Assembly (NCBI GenBank): GCA_040954595.2
Contig: CM082584.2
Span: forward strand, 2,821,344-2,885,343
DNA: 64,000 nucleotides
Reading direction: 5' to 3'
Source of the DNA: Balanoglossus misakiensis
Taxonomy: Eukaryota > Animalia > Hemichordata
Shown here: one piece after another, positions 13,471-25,551 of the stretch
Position numbering within the stretch: position 1 is the stretch's first letter
Layout: every line of letters starts with the position of its first letter
Translations under genes and position numbers: made by a program
Notes under the pieces: model-generated
Told to the model about the DNA's origin: nothing
Database searches by the model: none
What the model saw: only the letters and a program-made list of their open reading frames with translations

Positions 13471-16400
13471 AATTAAAGCTGCAAGCAGCGTTGGTGGGGC
13501 ACAAGCGGTTCCCATGGTAACCAGCAAATGCCAAGGCTGTATCTGCTGTGGATACCAAGATATGGGAAAGTAGGGCAAAGGTCACCTGAGGTCACCCCAA
13601 ATTTGGGCAAAAAAAATCGGACCCCATACTAGTCTAGGTCCAACAAAAACCAGACCCCTAGCTCCATTGGTTCGCCTAGAAATAGGTATGTGCATAATTA
13701 ATGAGGTCTTGTGTAAGACTCCATTATGTGCTCCACTGGCTGCCCAAAAGCCAGGACTCTAACTGCTGCGGATGCTGAGATATGGGAAAGTAGATCAAAG
13801 GTCATCCAAGGTCATCCAAAATTTGGGTATAAAATTTTGAGCCCAGAGTGGGCCATGTCCAACTAAAACCAGACCTCTAGCCCTATTGGTTAGCCTGGAA
13901 TTAGATATGCAGAAAAATGATGTTTCAGAAATAGGTCAAGGGTCATTGCCATGGGAAAGTAGATCAAAGGTCATCCAAGGTCACCCAAAATTTGGGCATA
14001 AAATTTTGACCCCAGAGTGGGCCATGTCCAACTAAAACCAGACCTCTAGCCCTATTGGTTAGCCTGGAATTAGATATGCAGAAAAATGATGTTTCAGAAA
14101 TAGGTCAAGGGTCATTGCCAAAATTACCAAAAGATTTGTGTCATGTCCTGGCAGCATTGGTACCCATGTCCACAAAATTCATGACTGTGGTGCTTTGACA
14201 AGAGGAGGTATGGGGAATACGCATATATAATTAGTTGTTTTAAAACTGGGTCAAAGGTCATGTGCAAATTGCCCCGAAAAATTGTAACAACTTCCGGTCA
14301 TATGACGACTCATATCCAAAAAAAGAATTTCCGTGCTGTCAACATTTTGGCTACAAAACGGAATTTTCACTTTTCAATGGTTTTCCGAAAATCCAACATG
14401 GCCGCCATAATGATCGACCAATCACAGTGCGCTTCGCAAACTTGATAGACATAGGTTAGGTGACCACATCCCCCGATATCCCGTGACTCGGCAATCGCTG
14501 GTTCTGGAGAAGAAGATTTTTAAAGTTTTAAGCAGTTTTTCAGAAAAACAATTGTAGCAAAAAAACTGTATGTGTGACGTCATGATTTCAATGGGGTAAA
14601 ATGATGGACAGAAGATAGGCTACCTGCACACCAAATTTAAACTCGATCAGCCCAGTGGTTTTTGAGAAGGACTCGTTTAACGATTTTCAGGAAATCCAAT
14701 ATGGCCGCCAGGTCACGTGACTAATTAAATATTCATGAGCCACTGCACGTCTACTCATTGGCCCCTATCACCCTACCAAGTTTCAGGCCCCTAGGTGCTG
14801 CCGTTTTCCAGATCTACCTGGCCGAATTTTGGAGAAGAAGAAGAAGAATAAGAAGAATTAAAGCTGCAAGCAGCATTGTCCGGGCCCAAGCTCTATTATC
14901 TGATCAGATTATTAGATATGCACATAATTAATGAGTAGAAACATAATGCTGTGTTTTATCCCATGAAATATCAACGTTATATCTATGTTTGGTGCTGATA
15001 TAGTGTTAAGTAGGTCAAAGGTCATCTGAGGTCACCCAAAATTTGGGCAGAAAATTTTGACCCATAGTGGTCCATGTCCAACAAAAACCAGACCTCTAGC
15101 CCTTTTGGTTAGCCCGGAATTAGGTATGCACATAAATAATGAGTTAAGCAGGTGTCACAGGTGACCCAAAACTTTGGCTTTTCATTATGGCCCCATACCT
15201 CCAAACGCCAAGGCTGTATCTGCTGTGGATGTCGAGATATGCAAAAGTAGGTCAAAGGTCACCCGAGGTCACCCAACATTTGGGCAAAATTTTTTGACCC
15301 AATACTGGTCCATGTCCAACAGAAACCAAACCTCTAGGTCTATTGGTTCATCTATAATTATGTATGCACATATTTAATGAGGTCAGCAGAGGTCAAAGGG
15401 GTCATGAAAAGTAGCGAAATTTTTTGATCACATACAAATCCACATACATCAAAAACCAAAATGATAGCCCTATAGGTTAGCCTGGAATTAGATATGCAGA
15501 AAAAACGATGTGTCAAAAGTAGGTCAAAGGTCATTGCCAAAATTACCAAAATATTTGGGGTAGGTCCTGGCAGGGGTGATACCAATGTGCACAAAAATCA
15601 GAACTCTGGTACATTTAGAACAGGTAGTATGAGCTATATATGCATATATGCAGGTTCTTAAAAAAGTAGGTCAAAGGTCATGTGAAAATTGCCAAAAAAT
15701 TTGCAACATATTCTAGTCATATGACGACTCATATCCACAAAAAGAATTTGTATGCTATCTATTTTTAGACTAGAAATATGATTTCTTAATTTTCGCTGGA
15801 TTTTACAAAATCCAATATGGCCGCCATAATCTTCGACCAATCACAACGCTCTTCGCAAACTTGATAGACATCAGTTAGGTGATGTCATACCCTAAATCCC
15901 ATGACTCGGTTATTGCCGGTTCTGGAGAAGAAGATTTTTGAAGATTTTACTGTACTTTTTCGAAAATCCAATATGGCGGCCAAAGTCACGTGACCGCTCA
16001 GGATTTTATTGTCAAACTTTGAAGGGCAGAGGACATGTGTACCATACACCAAATTTGAACTTGATTGGCCCTGTGGTTTTTGAGAAGAAGCCATTTAAAG
16101 ATTTTCAGAAAATCCAATATGGCCGCCAGGTCACGTGACTAATTAAATATTCACAAGCCACTGCACATCTACTCATTGACCTTGACCACTGTAGCAAGTT
16201 TGAGAAGTGTACCTGTAGCCGTTTCAGAGATCTAGGAGAGCAAAGATTGACATAAGAATAAAGAAAGAAAAATTCCAACGAAACCAATACGGGCCCAAGC
16301 CTGGCTTGGCTTGGGCCCGTAATTAAAGCTGCAAGCAGCATTGTGGGGCCCAAGCGCTGATCCGGTATTATATATGCACAGTATGAATGAGAAGAAACAG

Positions 16401-19400
16401 AATGCTCTATCAGGTGTTTTATCTCATGACATAACAAGGACGTATGTATTTTTCCTGCTGAAATAGTGTAAAGTAGGTCAAAGGTCACCTGAGGTCACCC
16501 AACATTTGGGCAATATTTATTGACCCATACTGTTCCATGTCCAACAAAAACCAAAACTCTAGCTCTATTGGTTCGCCTGAAATTAGGTATGTGCATATTT
16601 AATGAGGTCAGCAGATGTTACAGGTGACCCAAAAATGTGGCTTTACATTTTGGTCCCATCCTACCAAATGCCATGGCTGTATCTGCTCTGGATGCTGAGA
16701 TATGCGAAAGTAGGTCAAAGGTCACCAGAGGTCACCCAACATTTGGGCAAAAATTTTTGACCCCATACTGGTCTATGTTCAACAAAAAACAAACCTCTAG
16801 CTCTATTGGTTCGCCTGTAATTAACTATGCACATAATTAATGAGGTCAGCAGAGGTCAAAGGGGTCATGAAAAGTAGCAAAATATTTTGATCACACACTA
16901 ATCCACATGCATCAAAAACCAAACGTCTAGCCCTATAGGTTAGCCTGGAATTAGATATGCAGAAATAATAATGTGTGAAAAGTAGGTCAAAGGTCATGTA
17001 AAAAATCGCCAAAAATTTGTAACATATTGTAGTCATATGACGATTGATATCCATAAAAATAATTTGTATGCTATCAATTTTTATACTAGAAAAAGTAATT
17101 TTAATTTTTCACTGCTTTTTACAAAATCCAATATGGCCGCCATAATCTTCGACCAATCACAATGCTCTTTGCAAACTTGATAGACATCAGTGTAGTGACC
17201 ATACTCCCCGAATCTTGCGACTCAGTCATCGCCCGTTCTGGAGAAGAAGATTTTTGGAGTTTAACTATGGTTTTTCGAAAATCCAATATGGCCGCCATAA
17301 TCTTCGACCAATCGCAATGATCTTCGCAAACTTGATAGACATCAGTTAGGTGACCACATACCCCAAACTCCGTGTCTCATTTATCACCGGTTCTGGAGAA
17401 GAAGATTTTTGAAATTTAAGCCAGATTTCAGAAAAAAAATTGTAGCAAAAAAACTGCAACATTGACAGCAAAATTTCCAATTACAAAAATGATAGGTAGA
17501 AGGTAGTCTACCTGCATGCCAAATTTGAAGTCGATCTGACTTGTAGTTTCTGAGATCTGAGATTTGCATTTTTTCAGAAAATCCAATATGGCCGCCAGGT
17601 CACGTGACTAATTAAGTATTCACAAGTCACTGCACATCTACTCATAGACCTTGACCACTGTAGCAAGTTTGAGCAGTGTACCTGCAGTAGTTTCAGAGAT
17701 TTAGTTGGCCGAAGAATTGACACAAGAAAAAAGAAAGAAAGAAAGAAAGAAAGAATTAAAGCTGCGAGCAGCATTGTCGGGCCCAAGCGCTGATCTTGAA
17801 TTATATATGCACAGTATGAATGAGAAGAAACAGAATTTTCTATCGGATGTATTATCTCATGACATAACAAGGATGTGGGTATTTTTGCTGCTGAAATAGG
17901 GTGAAGTAGGTCAAAGGTCACCTGAGGTCACCCAACATTTGGGCAATTTTTTTTACCCATACTGGTCCATGTCCAACAAAAACCAAAACTCTAGCTCTAT
18001 TGGTTCACCTGTAATTAGGTATGTGCATATTTAATGAGGTCAGCAGGTGTCACAGGTGACCCAAAAATTTGGCTTTACATTTTGGTCCCATCCTACCAAA
18101 TGCAATGGCTGTATCTGCTCTGGATGCTGAGATATGAGAAAGTAGGTCAAAGGTCACCAGAGGTCACCCAACATTTGGGCAAAAAAATTTGATCCCATAC
18201 TGGTCCATGTCCAACAAAAACAAAACCTCTAGCTCTATTGGTTCGCCTGTAATTAGCTATGTACATAATTAATGAGGTCAGCTGAGGTCAAAGGGGTCAT
18301 GGAAAGTAGCAAAATATTTTGATCACACACTAATTCACATTCATCAAAAACCAAACATCTAGCCCTATAGGTTAGCCTGGAATTAGATATGCAGAAATAA
18401 TAACGCGTGATAAGTAGGTCAAAGGTCATGTGAAAAATCGCAAAAAAATTGTAACATATTTTAGTCACATGACGATTGATATCCATAAAAACAATTTGTA
18501 TGCTATCAAATTTTAGACTAGAAAAAGGAATTTCAAATTTTCACTGCTTTTTACAAAATCCAATATGGCCGCCATAATCTTCGACCAATCACAATGCTCT
18601 TTGCAAACTTGATAGACATCAGTGTAGTGACCATACTCCCCGAATCTTGCAACTAAGTCATCGCCCGTTCTGGAGAAGAAGATTTTTGGAGTTTAACTAT
18701 GGTTTTTCGTAAATCCAATATGGCCGCCATAATCTTCGACCAATCACAATGATCTTCGCAAACTTGATAGACATCAGTTAGGTGACCACATACCCCAAAC
18801 CCCGTGTCTCGGTTATCACCGGTTCTGGAGAAGAAGATTTTTGAAATTTTGACCAGATTTCAGAAAAACAACTGTAGCAAAAAAACTGCAACATTGACAA
18901 CAAAATATCCAATTACAAAAATGATGGGCAGAAGGTACACTACCTGCACACCAAATCTGAAGTCGATCTGACTTGTAGTTTCTGAGATCTGAGATTTGCA
19001 TTTTTTCAGAAAATCCAATATGGCCGCCAGGTCACGTGACTAATTACGTATTCACAAGTCACTGCACATCTACTCATTGACCTTGACCACTGTAGCAAGT
19101 TTGAGCAGTGTACCTGCAGTAGTTTCTGAGATTTAGTTGGCCGAAGAATTGACACAAGAAAAAAGAAAGAAAGAAAGAATTAAAGCTGCAAGCAGCATTG
19201 TCCGGGCCCAAGCTCTATTATCTGATCTGATGCTAATATAGTGTTAAGTAGGTCAAAGGTCACCCGAGGTCACCCAACATTTGGGCAAAATATTTTGACC
19301 CCATACTGGTCCATGTATAACAAAAACAAAACCTCTAGGTCTATTGGTTCATCATTAATTAGGTATGCGCATATTTAATGAGGTCACCAGAGGTCAAAGG

Positions 19401-20497
19401 GGTCATGAAAAGTAGCAAAATGTTTTGATCACATACAAATCCACATACATCGAAAACCAAACTTATAGCCCTATTGGTTAGCCTGGAATTAGATATGCAG
19501 AAAAATGATTCGTCAAAAGTAGGTCAAAGGTCATTGCCAAAATTACAAAAATATTTATAGCTTATTCTTGTCATATGATGATTCATATCCATAAAAAGAA
19601 TTTCTGTGCTATCAATTTTTAGGCTAGAAAAGGAATTTTTACTTTTTAATCGTTTTTCACAAAATCCAATATGGCCGCCATAATCTTCAACCAATCACAT
19701 TCCCCTTCGCAAACTTGATAGACATCCGTTTAATGACCACACACACCAAATCTTGTGACTCGGTTATCGCCCGTTCTGGAGGAGAAGATTTTTGAAGTTT
19801 TACTATGGTTTTTCGAAAATTCAATATGGCCGCCATAATCTTTGACCAATCACAATGATCTTCGCAAACTTGATAGACATCAGTTAGGTGACCACATAAC
19901 CCAAACGGCGTGACTCGGTTATCGCCGGTTCTGGAGAAGAAGATTTTTGAAATTTTGACCAGATTTCAGAAAAACAACTGTAGCAAAAAAACTGCAACAT
20001 TGACAGCAAAATATCCAATTACAAAAATGATGGGCAGAGGGTATACTACCAGCACGCCAAATCTGAAGTCGATCTGACTTGTAGTTTCTGAGATCTGAGA
20101 TTTGCATTTTTTCAGAAAATCCAATATGGCCGCCATGTCACGTGACTAATTAAGTATTCACAAGTCACTGCACATCTACTCATTGACCTTGACCACTGTA
20201 GCAAGTTTGAGAACTGTACCTGCAGCGGTGTCTGAGATCTAGAGCGCGAAAGAAATGAACCAAGAATAAAGAAAGAAAGAAAAACCCCAACGAAACCAAT
20301 ACGGGCCCAAGCCTGGCTTGGCTTGGGCCCGTAAAAACCCCAACGAAACCAATAGGGCCCAAGCGCAAGCAAGCGCTTGGGCCCTAAAAACCCCAACGAA
20401 ACCAATAGGGCCCAAGCGCAAGCAAGCGCTTGGGCCCTAAATATTCCAACAATAACAATGGGGGCACAAGCCGCCTGAGGGCGCTTGTGCCCCCAAA
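13471..20497 (-). mobile_element. Cluster of five nested Helentron-type non-autonomous elements (HINE-like) with internal satellite-like repeats
   Basis: 3' hairpins GCTGCAAGCAGC at ~13478, 14863, 16328, 17761 and 19184. 5' subTIR palindromes at ~16290-16320 and stacked at 20300-20495. (GAAA)n/(GAA)n microsatellites lie next to the 5' ends; internal GGTTCTGGAGAAGAAGATTTTT repeats. Confidence 0.8.
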
Positions 20498-20656
20498 TAT
20501 AGTATCAAAGCATCAAAAATTACATCTATACATGCCCTGTCTTTTTCATGGAACTTTTCTGTCAAGCAGGTTCTGTTATTTTTTGTGACGAGCAACCTCC
20601 ATTTTTACAAATAATAGAACTATTCTCGGATATCCCACATTTTTTATGGTTTCTAA

Positions 20657-20997
20657 AAAGGTCTCTCACTCGCTGCCCTTTTTCTTTTTGTGTTTGATAC
20701 AAAACACCATTTATGTTAATGTACATGTGTATATGTAGTGAATGAACGTTCAACCACACACAAGTTCCACCATGCTTGTATATAAGAGTAAAATCTCGCC
20801 CAAAATGAATAAATGGTAGAGACCGATTGTTCATTTTGGCAAGGTTTTTCACTCTCGTGTCTACAAGCGGGATGGAAGGTGTGTGTGGTTGAATGTTCAT
20901 TCAGTATATATCCACATGTACATTAACATAAACAGTGTCTTGAATGAAACATAATATTAATGGGAAAAGGGCAGCGAGAGAGAGAGACTTTGTCCCT
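20657..20997. mobile_element. Kolobok-like palindromic MITE (TTAA target), left end degraded
   Basis: Ends GAGAGACTTTGTCCCT|TTAA; same family as 38869, 41860 and 52778. Confidence 0.75.
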
Positions 20998-22329
20998 TTA
21001 ACAGCATGCAAATCCTTATTTATTTTGGAAAATTATATTGTAAAAATTGTCCAAGATTATAGTACTTACATTAGCCATTGGTGTTGTGTGTAAACTGTTA
21101 TATAAAGAATGTTTGATCAATCTCCTTACCTGTTTATTTCTATAGGAACCAGGACCTCATCTGCATCATTTCCGGTCATAATCTCTGCAAAAGGTACAAT
21201 GTGATATCAACAGGTGTTGGTAAGATTGTGTGGACAGAGTAAGAAGTGAAGCAATTGCTTTACCAATCCACAAGATAAAGCTCTATGACAGCAATGGTGA
21301 AAGAAGTGGTAGCCTCACTGTCACAGGCTTTCAAGATGATAGCAGACGTAAGAGCATATTACATCACAGTCAAACCAAATAAGTGACTTCATCTGTATGC
21401 ATATAATTTTGGGGGAAACATTACTTTCAAAAATATGAATTTCTTTCACTTCAGCCTGTCAAAATTAATTGACCTATATATACCCAGCCATGTTCAACTT
21501 TCAATACCACATGAATTCAATGAAAGTATATCTAATGGGCGAAATGTGTTGCTTCTCGCCTGATTTAGCAAAATTGAGTGACATAAATACTGGCTGGAAC
21601 GGCTTAGTTAAATGAACTTTTGAAAGTATTTTTGAATTATGATTAGTCTATCACAGTAATAAATTTTGAAATAACACTATATAATTCAAGCACTACAAAA
21701 AAATGTCAATATTTAATACTACCTTATAGAATCCGAGGAAATTCCAGAGCATCCAATTGGTGTAGATGATGATGACCATGACTTGTTGATTGATCCTGGT
21801 TCCCATGAACACATCCTCTCAGTAGAAGATGATATACTTGCCCCTGATATCACCATGGACATGAATGACATCGAGCCGACAAGTGTACCTGAAAGGAACA
21901 TAACATTACATGGTAGCAATGCTGAGGAGACCCGTTGCAGTATACCAATAGAAGATACAAGACAGACACAGCATAGTACAGGGGAAGACATCAACATGAC
22001 AGACTGTGATTTGGAAACAGAGCACACTGAGGAGACAGTTGAAGCAGAAAGGATGGAAGTCAATGGTATGGAAAATTGCTGCACTCAAGAAGGTAACTAT
22101 TACTATAGTGAAGTTACCATGTATGGGATTGTTCATTTCAAGGTTCCACTCATTCTTATTTCCTCCCCCCCCACCATCCCCAAATAAATCTGCAAGCCCA
22201 CATTCCAAACACTTAGTTATGTCACAGTGCAGGAGATAGTCATTTCAATTTTATTTTAGAAAGGAAAGATAAATGTGTGTGAGCGGGAAAAGATATGAAA
22301 CATGACACACCCACATATATGTACATTTA

Positions 22330-22761
22330 TAATATACCTCATGCTAATACTGTGCCGTGATTCGCCAGAATCCGTCACGTGATAGGAAAATAGAATCGAC
22401 TATGAACCGCTAGGGAAATAGCAGAAAAAATATAAACCGGTCACGTGACCCGCGTGAGTGCGCAGACTCGGTCACGTCAATCAGCGTCGCGTCGTCTGAC
22501 ACAATGGCCACCACTGAAGATGTCGTCTGCCAGCCTCAAGAAAAAATTGCAAGATTTTCCCGGCTGTTAGCATGAGGTTTATTATAAAACACCTATAGCC
22601 TGGCCTATATTCGGGCCATAGCAGCCGTTTTTACCCCCTCGTGACTGTGAGTTACCAGAATCATATGCTATTTCCCTCGGCCGCATATGATTCTGGTAAC
22701 TCACAGCCCCTCGGGTGTAATAAACGGCCGCTATGGCCCTCATGGCCAGGCAATAGGTGTT
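22330..22761. mobile_element. Double-hairpin non-autonomous element (Crypton-like)
   Basis: ATAATATACCTCATGCTAA / TTAGCATGAGGTTTATTAT (22330-22585), followed by AACACCTATAGCCTGGCC / GGCCAGGCAATAGGTGTT (22588-22761). Confidence 0.55.
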
Positions 22762-24583
22762 CAATATTTCATGTTGACCTTGTGGAACCCCAGGTCAGTT
22801 TAAGTGGCCCAAAAGGAAATCACTTTAAGAAAAACTCATTATTATTGCTGTTAAACCTTAATGTTGTTTTCTTGTTTGCATTCAGGCAAGTCAAGTATCA
22901 AAGAAGTTGCCAAATCAACAGCAAAGATAACAGCCACACATGAACAGTCATCAATCTCAGAGTAAAGTTAGTGATACTTCTTCAACCACGATGGACAGTC
23001 TGATATTTGTCCTTTGGAGAGACAAAAGAAGTCAAATAATTTGATAAATCACGAAATTCTTTGAAGGCCCTTCCCAATGATAAGAAGTTAATAAATGAAT
23101 ATATAGAAGCTAAGGTGAAAGTAGGAACAAAGCTGATGAAATCATACAGAATAGCCAAGCTGTCAATCAAAGAGTGGGAACAAGAATATTGCATAAATCA
23201 TTGGGGTGGTGCACCAAATTTGGAAGATTACAAGAGAAATAAACGTATATCGAAATTGTACAAACAAACAAAAATGGCAACACATTTTTTGAAACGCTGG
23301 AATATTGATTATAACTGAGAGGTGAAGTATTTCCAAGTGTATGTGCATGCAATTTGATTACTCAGTGTGGACATATTTTGTACACTACACGTACATTCAG
23401 AAATATGGCATATTTTTCTAATGACATGGAGATTTTTGTGACTTCTGATGCAGAGTAAATATACAAGATATTGTTAACTTTGGTGAATTTAAGTTCATTT
23501 TGTTGTGGTTTAAATTACTGTAAATAATTTTTCCAAATGTTTGCATTGTATAATTTACTTCCAAATCAGATGTTCTTTCCTTGTCATTTGCTACCAACAT
23601 TTAGTACCAAATGCATGGCATTTGTATGTCTGTGTTCAGGCTGTGGCCACAACCAATCTTGTAGCTGTGGCTGAGACTTTCAATTTTCTGCTTGATGTTA
23701 ATAAACAATAACTTTGTAGTTTTGAATTTTGATGGAAAGGCAATCATCTATATTTGTCACTCATAAAAATGCACATTTCTTGACAATGTTGTTGAACCAC
23801 TTCTCCCAAAATAATGGGACCCTTTGGTTTCAACCCCCAACCTGGCAGTGTTCAAATCTCACATTGTAAACACCACCTGCACTTTGTTAATACAAGGAGA
23901 CTGGAAACAGTGTGCTACACAATAAATTGAGACAAAGGAGTGTTACAAGACTTAACAAACAAGTAATTAACATATGGCCTAGTTGCACAGGAAAATGCTA
24001 CAAACAAGTTTTTCCCGCCCAAGTCAGACTGTGCGTGGCGTGGGTCCATAGCTGCAGCTGTGGTGTTTTCTGGCTAATTGTTTTCCTTTTTACGGGCTCT
24101 TTTTCCGTGTCGATCAGAAAATTGCCCGCAAAATGTCAGACAAAAATTGCCAGAAAACACCACTGCTATGACCCAGAATGAGATTATACTTAGGCCGTCC
24201 TCTGCATGCCATACTATCGATCGCACGTACCGAACGAAACTCGCATCACATGCAATCCGAAAATAGCTGATAAGAACTAACCTTCATTGTACAGTTTACC
24301 GTAAAAAGCAGTCTTACACCGACGATTACGTTGGCAGGAAATGAAGGCATCGACTAAAACAACATGAATCGGATGTACCGCGTACCGCCCACACGATGCA
24401 CATGTCTGTCGCGATACAATACCATAGACTATTTTACTTCTGTCCATTCGCTCGCAAACATCGTTTTCTGAATGTGTTATGAGCTTTGGGCACATTTAAG
24501 GACCGAAACGGGGAGATTTTTGACATTTTTTTGCCGAATTTTCGTCAAAACCTCGCCATTTCGGTCCACGCCCGCCCACACAT

Positions 24584-25297
24584 CATGGAGGTACTAGAGA
24601 GAAGTAGCGAGGACGCTATTGTTTCCTATAAACCCCATGTGCGTCTTAATCTGTTTGCAGATATCATTAGGATCTCATCCTTTCATCACCTGATAGGCGT
24701 TCATAAAAGCTGTGCGCTTGCGTAGATAAACAAATTATAGCTGGCGGCGTGTCTCCATGATTTACATTTAGCATATTCAACCAGACCAAACTGCTGTGCC
24801 GAAAGTCTCTGCACTAGCAATTACAATGGTGACTATCGGGCATCCCACACCATCCCACGCGAACAAAAATACTTGCATCGGGAAGATTGGTTTTCAAAGA
24901 AAACCTAAGAACTTATTGTTTTTTGCGGAAATTTGCGAAAAACTCAAAATATACATTTCAAAATCATGCTTTTTGGTTGTACAAAGAAGAAAAATAATGC
25001 CACAAGTCTTCCAAGACGTCCGCCTGACACGTTTCCGGTAGTGGTGATGTAAATAAAAGTCACCACGCATATGTAGTACGCTCGTCCGCGATGTGCGCAT
25101 AGTGTTTTTAATATCATAGAAATATTACCCCGTAGATCTTGCAAACCTAACTGTAAAATCGGCGGTAACGCACAGTGGGTTCAAAGGACGCTTTCAACAC
25201 AGAAACACAAAGACTTAAGAAGCTTATCACTCTTCAGAAGAAAGGGAGTTAATCCGCTTAAAATCCGTCCTCGCTCCTTCTCTCTAGTACCTCCATG
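24584..25297. mobile_element. P-element-like MITE
   Basis: TIRs CATGGAGGTACTAGAGAGAAG(T/G)AGCGAGGACG at both ends; 7-bp TSD CACACAT at 24577-24583 and 25298-25304. Confidence 0.85.
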
Positions 25298-25551
25298 CAC
25301 ACATGAAACCACGCAACCACGAGGCTGAAGCCTTGGAAACCACCTAAGCTCGGCAATGCGTGTGTGCTCATGAATATGTAATATCTAATTCGCATATTCA
25401 TGAAAAAGTAACCAAAAAACAGGAAAACATTTTTAAAATACCAATAAAAAATTAAAAAAACTAAACATTTGCAGTTTTTCTTTATTTACAATTTGATATA
25501 TTTTTAGATTTTCAGTCAACATTTTTTTAATTTTTCGAGTTTTTTTTAAAC

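Larger units (their letters stand above)
6071..23318 (+). pseudogene. Disrupted multi-exon DDE transposase-like gene with RAG1/Transib/CMC-like core and an internal SAP domain
   Basis: Pieces at ~6071-6119, ~6227-8313, 12321-13336, 21146-21348, ~21730-22091 and ~22886-23318. Motifs: KIWHDHS (D), RFFHGDGPAQEFE...GGHYQCIC (D + Cys), SAP-like LTVADLRRELDARGDETEGLKKPDLQSKL, EPLHDLKGH, YFHNITVH and TNAENQERVFN (E). Premature stops at 6510, 7056 and 12606, frameshifts near 7410 and 12650, plus TE insertions. Confidence 0.7.

Noticed and set aside
6071-23318. True RAG1/RAG1L with a RAG2 partner
   Set aside because: No RING or nonamer-binding-domain motifs and no kelch/PHD gene were recognised; similarity is limited to catalytic-core motifs.
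5693-24033. RSS-like 12/23 ends around the RAG1-like transposase (CACAGTA-23-ATGTTAACC at 5693; on the minus strand CACAGTC-11/12-(G)GAAAAACT(T) from 24033)
   Set aside because: Only 6 bp match between the two ends, the nonamers are weak, and the flanks TCAAA and CGTGG give no 5-bp TSD. It may be chance; worth rechecking against a family consensus.
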